Source: Massalongia carnosa (taxonomy: Eukaryota). From it: 64,000 nucleotides of DNA. The notes beneath the pieces are model-generated. The model was not told where the DNA came from. It saw only the letters and a list, made by a program, of their open reading frames with translations, and ran no database searches. Both the position numbers and the translations under genes were made by a program. Where the stretch lies: NCBI GenBank assembly GCA_965645245.1, contig OZ287072.1:2356001-2420000 (forward strand). The letters run 5' to 3'. Of the stretch, positions 1 to 10,551 are shown piece after piece (position 1 is the stretch's first letter; each line of letters opens with the position of its first letter).

Positions 1-713
1 TCTTCCCTTGCAAGGTAGAACAATTCTACCCCCGGCTAGATCCCTCACTACATGCCTCAGGCTATGTAGCTTCATTTCGCCGTCACCACTACCTAGTGAT
101 GGAAGGTTACCTCCGACTGAATACCTCGCTACACTGCGCACCTGCCTCTAGACACAAGGTCTAGACAACGAGGTCATGTAGGTTCATTCAGCCGACATCA
201 CTACCAACGTAGTAATAAAGGTTGAAGCTGAAGTTTACACCAGGGAGCCTAGCTCAAGCTGCGTCCAGCGAGCCGTGCCTCCTGCTACCTCTCTTGATCC
301 ATCAAGAGATCCAGTAGCTCCGAGTAGGCCAGTAGATCCCATATAGAGTTCCTCGGCGTCTCCACAGGAGTCCGCCTTACACTCCATGGCAATCTACCAC
401 CACGGCCTCGACAGGTGTTTGATCTGTAAGTAGTCAAGAACGTGATAACAATAACTCCGAAGTTTCGGGGCAAGATGGCAGTGTGTCAGCCTCGACGGCT
501 TATGCGACTTCGTACTACGGCATGGTCCACGCTAGTTAATCCCGCAACCGCCATAGGCGATCACGTATCCCTCTAGCGCCATCCGTATTACAAGGACATC
601 AGAGAGGGGTATATATTAGTCGTTTCGGTTCTTATAGATAGCTAGTTGTCAGTTTATCCATTCTATCCTCGCATGCCATAGCCCTATAGGGCTCCCTCCC
701 ATCGCCTGTCACA
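1..713 (+). mobile_element. Probable 3' end of a degenerate LTR retrotransposon (LTR about 482-713)
   Basis: 482-713 starts TGTGTCAG and ends CTGTCACA (imperfect inverted termini), has a TATA-like tract at ~609 and follows a purine-rich stretch. Upstream DNA looks like stop-riddled coding sequence. The partner LTR is outside the window. Confidence 0.45.
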
Positions 714-787
714 ATAACCTTACACCTACAATGTCAACAAAACAAGGCCTTTCAAACGCAAAGAAGAATCATTGAACGAAAGGTATG

Positions 788-1059
788 TGTTGAAATAGGT
801 ATATGACTATGGCTATATGGCTATGTAATAATAAAGGTATGTATGACCGTGATGTTAAGGATGAAGAGTTGCTATGCAGCAATCTTTTCCTATTACTGGT
901 CACCCTTCTAAGCGAGGTGATCTTATCTTATCTTGGGACTAAGCCTAATGCGGCATCTACGGTTTCCGTAGATCATCTGTCAATCTAGGGCAGCCGTAGG
1001 TGCTATGTTCATTGAATTGATAGGTGTTCATTGTGCTGGTAGGAATTGGATATTCAACA
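788..1059 (-). repeat. 3' LTR of copia element
   Basis: Direct repeat of 6528-6799, TGTTGAA...TTCAACA. Confidence 0.95.
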
Positions 1060-1127
1060 CCCCCCCTCAAGTCCTACCAGTACTTGTTTCCATCGTAGAT
1101 TCAACCGTGATTGAACTTCTTAACCTC

Positions 1128-4100
1128 TCATGTCTGTTTGTCCATGTTGAGCTGTCTGATAAAGGAGAAGAACTTGACGTGCGTAAGGGGTTTTGTCAGT
1201 CCATCTGCAAACATGTCTTCGGTCGGAACATAGGTGAGGTCGATTCTTCCTTCTAGCACCTCGTTTCGTATGAAGTGGTGCTGAATGTCGATATGCTTGG
1301 TCCTGGAGTGTAATACGGGATTATTGGCCAGTGCTATGGCGCTTTGGTTGTCGCCTTTCAATGCAATTGTGCCTTCTCCTCTTAACACGTTTATTGTCGG
1401 GGATCCGTCATCAGAAGTCTTCAATCCGAGTTCAGTCATCAGTAAACGTAGCCATGTAGCCTCCTTTGCTGCTAAGGTGAGTGCCATATACTCTGCTTCG
1501 GTTGATGACAATGCGACGGTCGTTTATCTTTTGGAACACCAGCTTATTAGTCCATTGTTCAGCATGAACACATAACCCGAGGTAGATTTTCGCTACTCTT
1601 TGTCTCCGGCCCAGTCAGAGTCAGAATATCCTTGTATACATAAATCTCCCCCACCGAAGGTGATGCCTCTATTCTTGGTACCGCTAAGGTATCTGAGAAT
1701 GTGTTTGGCCGCTTCCATATGTGTTTTGCCTGGATTCTTTGCATGGCGACTGACTACGGACGTTGCGAAAGCTATGTCTGGCCTGGTTTCTATCATTGCG
1801 AACATGATGGATCCAACCATGGTTTGATATTGCTTTATGTCCTTGTCGGAGGCCTGAGATTCATTGATGAAGAGACAGCCTTCTCGCATGGGAGTGTTTG
1901 TTGTCTTTGCGGTTTGCATATGGAATCTTTCCAATACCTTCTCGATATAGGCTGGTTGAGATAGCTTTATGGTTTTGTTGACTCGATCTCGTTCGACTTT
2001 GAGGCCTAAATAGTAGCTGATTGGTCCCATGTCTACCATCTTGAAAGCTAGCTTGAGCTGTTTCTTGACTTCGGTGATCATCGGGGAACCCTTTGGGCCT
2101 ATGATGTTCAAATCGTCAACGAAAGAGGTAACAATGGGTCCTTTTATCCCTTGAGATGTGACGAAGATGCTATGATCTGCGTGGAGTTTCTCCAGTCCTA
2201 ATTTGCTCAATAGAAAAGCTGATAGTCGTTCATACCAGAGACGCGGAGACTGTTTCAAACCGTACAGGGCTTTATTCAGCCTGCACACCATGCCAGCTGT
2301 GTCATATCCTTTCGGCATGTGGACATAGATGAGTTGATCGATGAGACCGTTCAGAAAAGCTGTCACTATATCCAGTTGCTCGATGTCCAGATCATGATGG
2401 GCAGCTAGCGCGAATAGCAAGCGAAAAGCCATTGGTTTGACCACAGATGCAAAGGTTTGATCGAAATCTACTCCGTATTGTTGTAGATATCCTTTGACAA
2501 CCCATCTGGCTTTAAAGCGAACGATCTTTCCATTTACGTCCCGTTTCAGCTTGAATACCCATTTGCCACTCAAGACTATATGTCCGGGTTCCATGGACTC
2601 GGTGGATAATGTATCCCAGGTGTTGTTCTCCAGCAGACCTTTGATCTCCTCATCCATTGCCAGACTCCATTCGTTTGCGTATTTGGAGTTCATTGCTTGA
2701 TGATATGTTTGTGGCTCAGCTGTGTCTGACTGAATGAACGCATCGTAGTCGTTCAGGTATGCTGCTCCCTCTATTTCCAGTTCTTTGGCCAGAAGTATGA
2801 GTGGGTCTTCTTCGTCTCTATCTGCCAGTGTGGGGATGTGTTCTGGTTCACTTAATGCCTCATTTGACAGGAGACTCAGCACTTGTGCGACATGGGCGTG
2901 TTTTCTGGGTCTACCTCGTCCACGTTTGGGGATTTCACTTATCTTGGAATTCAACTCTGGTTGGTCATTTGAAGGAGTGGGACTGATTTCGAGTGTGGTA
3001 TCTTTCTCGTTTTGAATCATTATGGAATCGTACGTGGGTAGATCGGTCCCATCTTTGAATGTGGCGTCTTCATGAATCCGTAAGTCCTTGACCCTGATGA
3101 CCTTGTAGTCTTTTTCCATAAAGACGCGATAGATGGTGCTTCCGTCATATCCACACAGGATTCCTTTCTGAGCCCTCGGAGAAAATTTAGCAGCCTTGCT
3201 GTTTAGTCCTTTTCGCTCTTCTTCGTGAATCAACGCATAGACTGTGGATCCGAGAATTCTCAGGTGATCCAGCTTAGGTGACTTCTTCTCGAAGATCTCA
3301 TACGGGGTTTTACCTGCCAAGGCGTTGGTTGGTCTGACGTTCTTGGTGTGAACCATGGCTAGAACTACTTCTGCCCACAAGTAATCGGGAATGTCTCCGG
3401 CAATGACACTGCATCTTGTCATGTCCATGATGGTTCTGCCCATTCGTTCCGCGACTCCGTTTTCTTCTTGAGAGTATGGAGCAGCTGGTTCAAACGTTAT
3501 GCCTTGTTCCAGGAACCAAACGTCTGACTTGTTACTGCGAAGCTCCGTACCGAAGTCAGTGCGAAAACTACTTATGGGTTTAGCCTTTCCAGATTTGTTT
3601 TGGGCCATGCTGTAGTACATCAACAAGTGATCAAACCATTCACTCTTCTTGTGTCCGGTATAGACATGAGTGTATCTGCTAGCATCACAGGTGAAAGTGA
3701 AGAAGTAAAGTTCTTCAAGAAGTCCTGCTGGCTTGATTGGTCCCACTAGGTCAGAGTTTATCTTTTGAAAGAGCTCTGTGGCCCTCTCTTGCTGTGTTCG
3801 GTTGTATATCTTTTTGGCTTTTCCCATTTCGCATGCATGGCAAAACCAACCTTGGTTGATATCGTCATCGTACGTTATGTCTAGCGTTTTCAAATATTTT
3901 CGACACGTCGGAATGTTGAGATGACCAAGCCTTGCATGCCATGTAGTGAGTTTTGATTTGACAGATATTTGACAGATAGTGACGTCCAGTCCTTGATAGG
4001 TGTCCTCGTCCACTTTGCTCAAATGCATCCTCATATCTGGGGTGTCAACGGTCTGTAGCATGAAGTTGTTGTCAACTCTCGGTACGTGCCCTATGACTTT

Positions 4101-4451
4101 TGCAGTGGATCCCATGAACAGTCTCCAGTTTGAATTGTCATAGAAGATATCGTGTTGATTCAGCATTCCCAAACTCACAAGGTTCACCGGACATTGAGGA
4201 ATGTAGAGAACATTGTTAAGAATCAGTATCGACGAGGGTAAGCCGTCCTCCATGATCAATGTCTTATGAATGGTTCCTCTTCCTGGCGACGTTCCTGTGG
4301 ACGTTGACCCTGCTAGATCAGTGGAGTAGCTCGTATAGTCAGTGAACGAGTATCTGTGGTTGCATACGTGCATATCTGCAGCGCTGTCCAATAACCACGA
4401 GTTCTTGTTCAGATTCGTCATGGTCATGACTTTTTGCAGTCTTGTGGCCAT
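1128..4451 (-). pseudogene. pol: Copia pol (protease, integrase, RT, RNase H) with two in-frame stops in RNase H
   Basis: WLLDSAA protease, WHARLGH..CHAC integrase zinc finger, KARWVVKG and FVDD RT motifs; RNase H reads YSDSDWAGDKE*RKSTSG..WCSKR*TTVALSSTEAEY with TAG at 1593-1595 and TAA at ~1524-1526. Confidence 0.9.
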
Positions 4452-4463
4452 GACCTGTGTGAG

Positions 4464-5381
4464 TCAACTACTCACCGTTGGAATGTTGGGTGATGTATGA
4501 GGTAAGTCCGCCTTCTTTTCTGACGAGGTAGTCTTTTGTTTCTTTGCTCTTCCGGATTCGAGCGAACTTCTATGTCTTTTTAGCTGTGGAAACTTCTGCC
4601 AACAGTTATCTGGCCAATGACGAGTGTTCTTTCTCTCGACACATTCAGAGAAGGTGCAGGTCCCAAATGGGGCTCGACCTCTCGAGTCAGGTGTGCTGAT
4701 ATGAAGTGCCTTGGTGTTTTTCATGTTGACAGAATAAGCAACAATGGTCTTCATTGCTTCCGACAGGTTTGTGGTTTCGTGTGTCCAATCTCGTCGAAGT
4801 TGGGCTATCAATGGGGAATAGACGTCTGTGGTGTTACCCAGCATCATTCCCTGAAGCATGAACTCCACGGTATGCACATCCACTTTGGCCTTGTCGTCCA
4901 GCATTCCTTTAATTTTGTTTAAAGCGCTCTCGTACTCTGCACAGTATAGGCTGGTGGTCTCGAAGTCAGTCATCTTCTTAGAACTAACCTTCAGAATGAT
5001 GTCGCTGATGCTCATTGGTGCTATATCTTGGAATCTATCCTTCAGGATTTTCCACATTTCTGCCGCATTCTTGTTGTCGATGAGGCTGTAATGGCACTCC
5101 GCAACTAATCCGTGAATGATTCCTATAGCCTTGGTCATCTCGGCCTTCTGTCTATTCTTCTCGTCACGCAGCTCTTTTACCAAGATGCTGACAGAAAGAC
5201 CTTTGGCGTCGAAGCCTGCTTGTATTAAACCTTCCTTGATGGTTTCAGCGGTGATTTCTGATTGATTCTCTAGAATGGCTCCTTCGCAGTTATTCTTGAG
5301 CAGAATGCCCTTCGTATAGCTTGCCCATGCCGAATATCTTTCGGCCTTCTCCAAAAGATGTGACGTATCTATGATAGACAT
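4464..5381 (-). CDS. gag: Copia gag
   Basis: 305-aa ORF with copia gag-like core (AAEMWKILKDRF) and an atypical Cys/His knuckle (CTFSEC..H..C). Same frame as pol, separated from it by one TGA. Confidence 0.88.
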   Translation of the reverse strand: MSIIDTSHLLEKAERYSAWASYTKGILLKNNCEGAILENQSEITAETIKEGLIQAGFDAKGLSVSILVKELRDEKNRQKAEMTKAIGIIHGLVAECHYSLIDNKNAAEMWKILKDRFQDIAPMSISDIILKVSSKKMTDFETTSLYCAEYESALNKIKGMLDDKAKVDVHTVEFMLQGMMLGNTTDVYSPLIAQLRRDWTHETTNLSEAMKTIVAYSVNMKNTKALHISTPDSRGRAPFGTCTFSECVERKNTRHWPDNCWQKFPQLKRHRSSLESGRAKKQKTTSSEKKADLPHTSPNIPTVSS

Positions 5382-5880
5382 AATGGGAGAATGGGGAGCA
5401 ATTGAAGAAGGCGAGAAACTTGTATAAGTAGTGACTGAAAGAATGTGGATCTGTGACCTTTCTTATAGACAAGGAAAAGACTGTCCCTCCTTAGCCAGTG
5501 TCCACTCTGATGTCTCAACAGAGAAACCTGTTTGCTTAACATGCTTGTTTGCCATGATGAGAATTTCAACTTAGGCTTTTTCAAGGGTCCAATTGACCAA
5601 AATGAAATTGAGCGCAGGGTTCTTCCAATTTGATTTAACCGGCCTTGGGCCGATTAAATAATAAGAGGCAACTGCCGCACAATCTCACCTAGTGCCTTAA
5701 TGAGGCATAATTGACAAAAAGAAAGGTCTTTGTGCCTTCGATCAATGAGTTTAGTAAGCTCTTTGATGTCCGATGGATTTTGTATTTTTGCGTGTCCAGA
5801 ATTCAATCGCGGTTGAAACTGACGCTTTGATGATATTTGTACCAATGGGGCGCTCAGGCCCAGCAATATACTTTTTTGCC

Positions 5881-6269
5881 ATCGACCATCGAGCTTAGCA
5901 AGCTCTTTGGTGTCCGAGGACTTGGTTGCCTTCGACCATCGAGCTTAGCAAGCTCTTTGGTGTCCGAGGACTTGGTTGCCTTCGACCATCGAGCTTAGCA
6001 AGCTCTTTGGTGTCCGAGGACTTGGTTGCCTTCGACCATCGAGCTTAGCAAGCTCTTTGGTGTCCGAGGACTTGGTTGCCTTCGACCATCGAGCTTAGCA
6101 AGCTCTTTGGTGTCCGAGGACTTGGTTGCCTTCGACCATCGAGCTTAGCAAGCTCTTTGGTGTCCGAGGACTTGGGTGCCTTCGACCATCGAGCTTAGCA
6201 AGCTCTTTGGTGTCCGAGGACTTGGGTGCCTTCGACCATCGAGCTTAGCAAGCTCTTTGGTGTCCGAGG
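5881..6269. repeat. 50-bp tandem array (~7.8 copies) in the copia 5' leader
   Basis: Unit TTCGACCATCGAGCTTAGCAAGCTCTTTGGTGTCCGAGGACTTGGTTGCC, near-identical copies. Confidence 0.97.
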
Positions 6270-6515
6270 GCTTCGGTGTAGTACGATCAATGTGTTCATG
6301 CTCTTTCTAACACGCAATTTTTGTGCTTCTGACAAGAAATCGCTGTGTACAGAAGAGAGAACTGATTGATGTGATTTGAGGGATCGTTTCTAAAGACACA
6401 GAAAGATTTTAGTCATGTGTCTACGATTCATTGAATAGGAACGATGCTTAGCTGATTGCACTGCGATGCTGCGGATTAAAAGCTTCGATTCGTTTTAAAT
6501 CGATAGCACCCTTCC

Positions 6516-6527
6516 GGGCTCATAACC
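6516..6527 (-). promoter_or_regulatory. Primer binding site GGTTATGAGCCC (internal tRNA-iMet type)
   Basis: Lies immediately inside the 5' LTR; this PBS type is known from Drosophila copia and yeast Ty5. Confidence 0.8.
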
Positions 6528-6799
6528 TGTTGAAATAGGTATATGACTATGGCTATATGGCTATGTAATAATAAAGGTATGTATGACCGTGATGTTAAGG
6601 ATGAAGAGTTGCTATGCAGCAATCTTTTCCTATTACTGGTCACCCTTCTAAGCGAGGTGATCTTATCTTATCTTGGGACTAAGCCTAATGCGGCATCTAC
6701 GGTTTCCGTAGATCATCTGTCAATCTAGGGCAGCCGTAGGTGCTATGTTCATTGAATTGATAGGTGTTCATTGTGCTGGTAGGAATTGGATATTCAACA
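6528..6799 (-). repeat. 5' LTR of copia element
   Basis: Direct repeat of 788-1059. Confidence 0.95.
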
Positions 6800-6896
6800 G
6801 TATGCAAATGGAAAGAAAAGAAAGCGACGAGGTGTTCAAACAATGTAGGCATGCGGAGGATGTCATCCAATTAAACCTTGCTGTAAAAATCAGACC

Positions 6897-7176
6897 TGTT
6901 GGGAGGTATCACGATTCTACTCGGCACGACCTCGGCACTCGGATAAATTCGGCACCAAACCGTAGATGGAACGCGTAGGAACTTTCGATTTCGTTCCCGC
7001 ACCTTCGATTTTGTTCCTGCAGTCACGAGAAGATTCTACCGCGACTATACCACATGGATACTAGCGCAGTAGAGGATATATAGGGACAGGTTCGGGTTGT
7101 CGATTGTCTTTTTCTTCTTTATCTTTACTGTAAGCGTTTCTAGTGTCCTATGACTTGTCTCTAGGTAGATCTAACA
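6897..7176. mobile_element. Solo-LTR-like fragment
   Basis: TGTTGG...CTAACA termini and internal TATATA; flanking 5-mers do not match. Confidence 0.4.
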
Positions 7177-7188
7177 GGAGGAATTACA

Positions 7189-7528
7189 TCTGAACTGAAA
7201 CGTGTGAATGAAATTCATGTAAACAGTAGTTGATTGGGCGTTCTGTCAAAAAGGGTCAAATAGGGGTAGCAAGTACTTGATCTGATTGGTGGGTAATTAA
7301 GGTTTCGGGAGCTCTAAACCATCTATAGTTATTAAGCTTAATGCGGTAAGCTCGTAGTCTAACTGCATTGGTTACTTAATCCTCCACTAAAAGAAGTAAG
7401 TAACCGATGTGGTTATACCGCCGAAGCGCGGAAGATGCAACACCCGAGCTGATCCGTGCGACCGAGTTAACCCCATCTACGGAAACCGTAGATGGAAGTT
7501 TAATGAACCTGCAGGTGTTCAGTTCACA
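7189..7528. mobile_element. Possible degenerate solo LTR
   Basis: TCTGAACTGAA...TTCAGTTCACA imperfect inverted ends; carries the same palindrome as the copia LTR; no TSD. Confidence 0.3.
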
Positions 7529-7617
7529 TCATGACACTAACCACCTACAGGCCCGGTCTCCCATTTGCCAATTCAATTTTGATGTTTTTATGTTCTCGTT
7601 TTGGATTTACTTTTGCG

Positions 7618-7761
7618 TGTGACGAAGCGAGATAGTGAATAGATTTCTACCATTGCGCCACCTGTCCTTCCCGACTAAAAGGCACAATACTTAGTCCGCA
7701 GACTAAGCTCTATTTCGCTGTAGGTCCTGCCGTCCGCACCACGCTTGGTCGAACCGTTACA
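7618..7761. mobile_element. Solo LTR
   Basis: TGTGACG...CGTTACA, TSD TTGCG on both sides; inverted homolog at 58003-58173. Confidence 0.9.
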
Positions 7762-8188
7762 TTGCGTTTACAGAAGCTTCGTTAAAATTTAAATATATTC
7801 AATTATATTACTTTTTAATCTTTTAGTGTAAGTTTTTCGTTTTCTCGTCGTATTCTGTTAAACCGGTTTTTGTTAATTAAATAAATTTATTACTAGCAAA
7901 AAATATTAAAAGTTGTATATTAATCGTCGGCTCGCTTACCTCCGGGATCCGACTTGAAAAAATGTCGACCGCATTTTAGTCGGGGAAAGCGGTTGCATCC
8001 CGGAAAGCGGTTGCATCCCCCCAAATTCAAATTTCTTCACCTTTTTGATTATTGACCAACAACCACATTGATTAAAAATCAGCCGATACCGTACTTAGCT
8101 TGAAAATTATTTCTCCGACCCAACTGATCATCAATTCAAATTCTTTCCTCTCGAATCAATCCCCCAAACCAATCTCCCCTTTCGTATC

Positions 8189-10123
8189 ATGGATAACGAC
8201 GCCTCCCTTGTCTCCACTCTCAACCCCATGGAAAGATTGGAAAAGGCGAAGGAATTTCTGACAAATCATCCCAAAGAAAGTAAAACGACTGCAGCTAGAA
8301 TCTACAATATCAACGTCAAAACTTTGACGTCTTCCATTCGTCGACCAGAAGGGAGGAAAAATGGAGGACAAAATCAGATACTGAGGGAGCATGAGGCAAG
8401 GTCAATTACTGGCTTTATTAAGTCCTTATTGATGCATGGAATTCTTCCTACACATCAGATGGTTTTCAAGGCTATTGTAAGTCTGAAAAAGGCCCATAAC
8501 CCCCTCGAGGTAGGCCCGTCAAGAAGATGGTTTCGGAGCTGGTGGAAATGTAACAAACTTCATAAAATAAAGACAAAACCACTAGCAATGATTCGTTATG
8601 AAGCTGCCCAAGAATCAGATGTGATAGAATGGTTTGAAAGGTATAGAGAGGTGTTAAAAGAGTTGAAAATTCGAAAAAGTCGGAACATTTTGAACTTTGA
8701 TGAAGCTGGTTTTCGGGTTGGATGCATGAGGGGTCAGGAAATCATTGTTCCTGAGGAAATCAAACAATTCTACGCCGTCAGCTCGGAAAATCGCAGATCT
8801 GCGACAGTTATTGAGACTATCAATGCTGCCGGCGACTATCCCCCCCCTCCAATGATCATCGTACAGGGTCATGACATCATGGCCACATGGTTTTTAGAAG
8901 GTGTGCCCGAGGGCACGTATGTCGTGCCCTCGAACAGTGGTTTTACATCTGATAAGATAGCAATTGAATATTTGAAGCATCTTATCAAACATACAAATGC
9001 AGGACCTGATGCGGAATGGCAATTATTGCTGATGGATAATCATGGCAGTCATACAACCCCTGAATTTTCACTTTTGGCCAATGAGAATCGCATTCGACCC
9101 TTTCCCTTTATACCGCATTTAACTCATTGCATGCAACCATTGGATGTGGGCGTATTTCAGCCTTATAAGCATTGGCATTGCAAAGCTATTGAGGAAGTCG
9201 TTGCGTCGTCATTTGTCGAGTATTCTCTGTCTCAATTTATACAGGACTTGACTAAAATCAGAAATCATACATTCAAGACTTCTACGATTCGGCATGCATT
9301 TGAAAAGTCGGGAATGTGGCCGATTGATCCAAAGGCATGCATTCGTCAGCTGAAAAATTTCAATCCCAATGATCCCAATGATTCATTAAACAGTCTGAAT
9401 AATGAGCCCTCATTACCTCTACCCCTACCTCGTCAAATCCAACCGACAAAAGTAGCTGACATTGAGTATGGTTTGAGTCAATGGGGACCGAAAATCAGAA
9501 AATCCATGCAATGGAGTGATCCCGCTCGGGCTGAGGAATGGGACTCATTTGTAGACAATACAAATGAAGTTGTTTCGAATGCAATTATCGATGGCACGGA
9601 GCTGGAAATGCATCGAGAATCAAGAAGAAGTCAGTTAAATAACAGACGAATGTCTCGTAAACGTCTGAGACCAGAAACCGGAAGATTGGGAATCACAGCG
9701 GAAGATGCAAAGCAGGCTATAGCCATCAGACTACAACAGGATCAAGAGGCTGAGGAGAAACGAGCGAATAATAGCTTCATGAAGCTATGGCGAATAGAAA
9801 GAGACGAAATGCATGTCAAGGGATTGGCTGCTCGAAAAGCAGAAAGAGATCGAGTTAAACAGCTGAAAGAAATGCAGAAAATGCTCGGTCCCATTCCAAT
9901 TAAGATGTATGAGAAGATTCCTGACCCCGAGGCATTATGGAAGGCCACGAATGAGGTATGGATAGCTGAGGAAGCGAAGAAGGAAATTAGAAAGAATCCG
10001 CGTGCCAATGTCAATGAGGAAGATGTCACGTTTATCGTAGATAGCACTGGTCATGGAGATAATTCAATCCTTCCAGATCTTCCAGAAGGAGAAACATGGC
10101 TACGTGTCAGGGTCCTAGCCTGA
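8189..10123 (+). CDS. pogo/Fot1 transposase; native C-terminal tail displaced to 16498-16588
   Basis: NFDEAGF, LLMDNHGSH and QPLDVGVF motifs. The ORF runs into the gypsy LTR; removing the insertion restores ...WLREDFVSFDLEE..NDC*. Confidence 0.92.
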   Translation: MDNDASLVSTLNPMERLEKAKEFLTNHPKESKTTAARIYNINVKTLTSSIRRPEGRKNGGQNQILREHEARSITGFIKSLLMHGILPTHQMVFKAIVSLKKAHNPLEVGPSRRWFRSWWKCNKLHKIKTKPLAMIRYEAAQESDVIEWFERYREVLKELKIRKSRNILNFDEAGFRVGCMRGQEIIVPEEIKQFYAVSSENRRSATVIETINAAGDYPPPPMIIVQGHDIMATWFLEGVPEGTYVVPSNSGFTSDKIAIEYLKHLIKHTNAGPDAEWQLLLMDNHGSHTTPEFSLLANENRIRPFPFIPHLTHCMQPLDVGVFQPYKHWHCKAIEEVVASSFVEYSLSQFIQDLTKIRNHTFKTSTIRHAFEKSGMWPIDPKACIRQLKNFNPNDPNDSLNSLNNEPSLPLPLPRQIQPTKVADIEYGLSQWGPKIRKSMQWSDPARAEEWDSFVDNTNEVVSNAIIDGTELEMHRESRRSQLNNRRMSRKRLRPETGRLGITAEDAKQAIAIRLQQDQEAEEKRANNSFMKLWRIERDEMHVKGLAARKAERDRVKQLKEMQKMLGPIPIKMYEKIPDPEALWKATNEVWIAEEAKKEIRKNPRANVNEEDVTFIVDSTGHGDNSILPDLPEGETWLRVRVLA

Positions 10124-10551
10124 CATAGAGATAGAAGGTTGACCTTAGAGGTGTTCGAGGTAACCGGTTAGGCTTAGCGCCAGCCGAGATAGAAAGAGGG
10201 ATCACGGGATCGCGCGAGGCTAGCGCGACACTCGACGCAGATATTTCTAGCGAGTCGCGCACAATAATTCTTTTCTTTCTTTGTAGATAAATTTTAGTTT
10301 AATAGCGGTTGAAAAGAATCGACGACAGCTACCTTACACAATTTATCTACCTACCTATCAGTATTCTTTCTTCCAGAACTTCCAGTAGGGACGAGGTCCC
10401 GTTCCAGCAACTTCCTTCCAGTTAGGGTGAAGACCCGTTCCAGTAACCTTCCAGACTGATCGTTTGTGCGAATCCAAACCGATCCAAATTCCAGAACTTC
10501 CAGAATTTTCAGAGCCAGGGAATCAAGCTTTCCCACTTCCAGTATCCAGTC

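Larger units (their letters stand above)
788..6799 (-). mobile_element. Full-length Ty1/copia LTR retrotransposon
   Basis: Two 272-bp TG..CA LTRs that look identical (788-1059, 6528-6799); 5-bp TSD GTATG (783-787, 6800-6804); PBS next to the 5' LTR; G-rich PPT at 1060-1070; domain order gag-PR-INT-RT-RH. Confidence 0.97.

Noticed and set aside
803..1256. Short ORFs repeated at 6543 and 6745
   Set aside because: They lie in the copia LTRs and have no protein features.
5881..6269. CRISPR-like array
   Set aside because: Pure head-to-tail repeat with no spacers.
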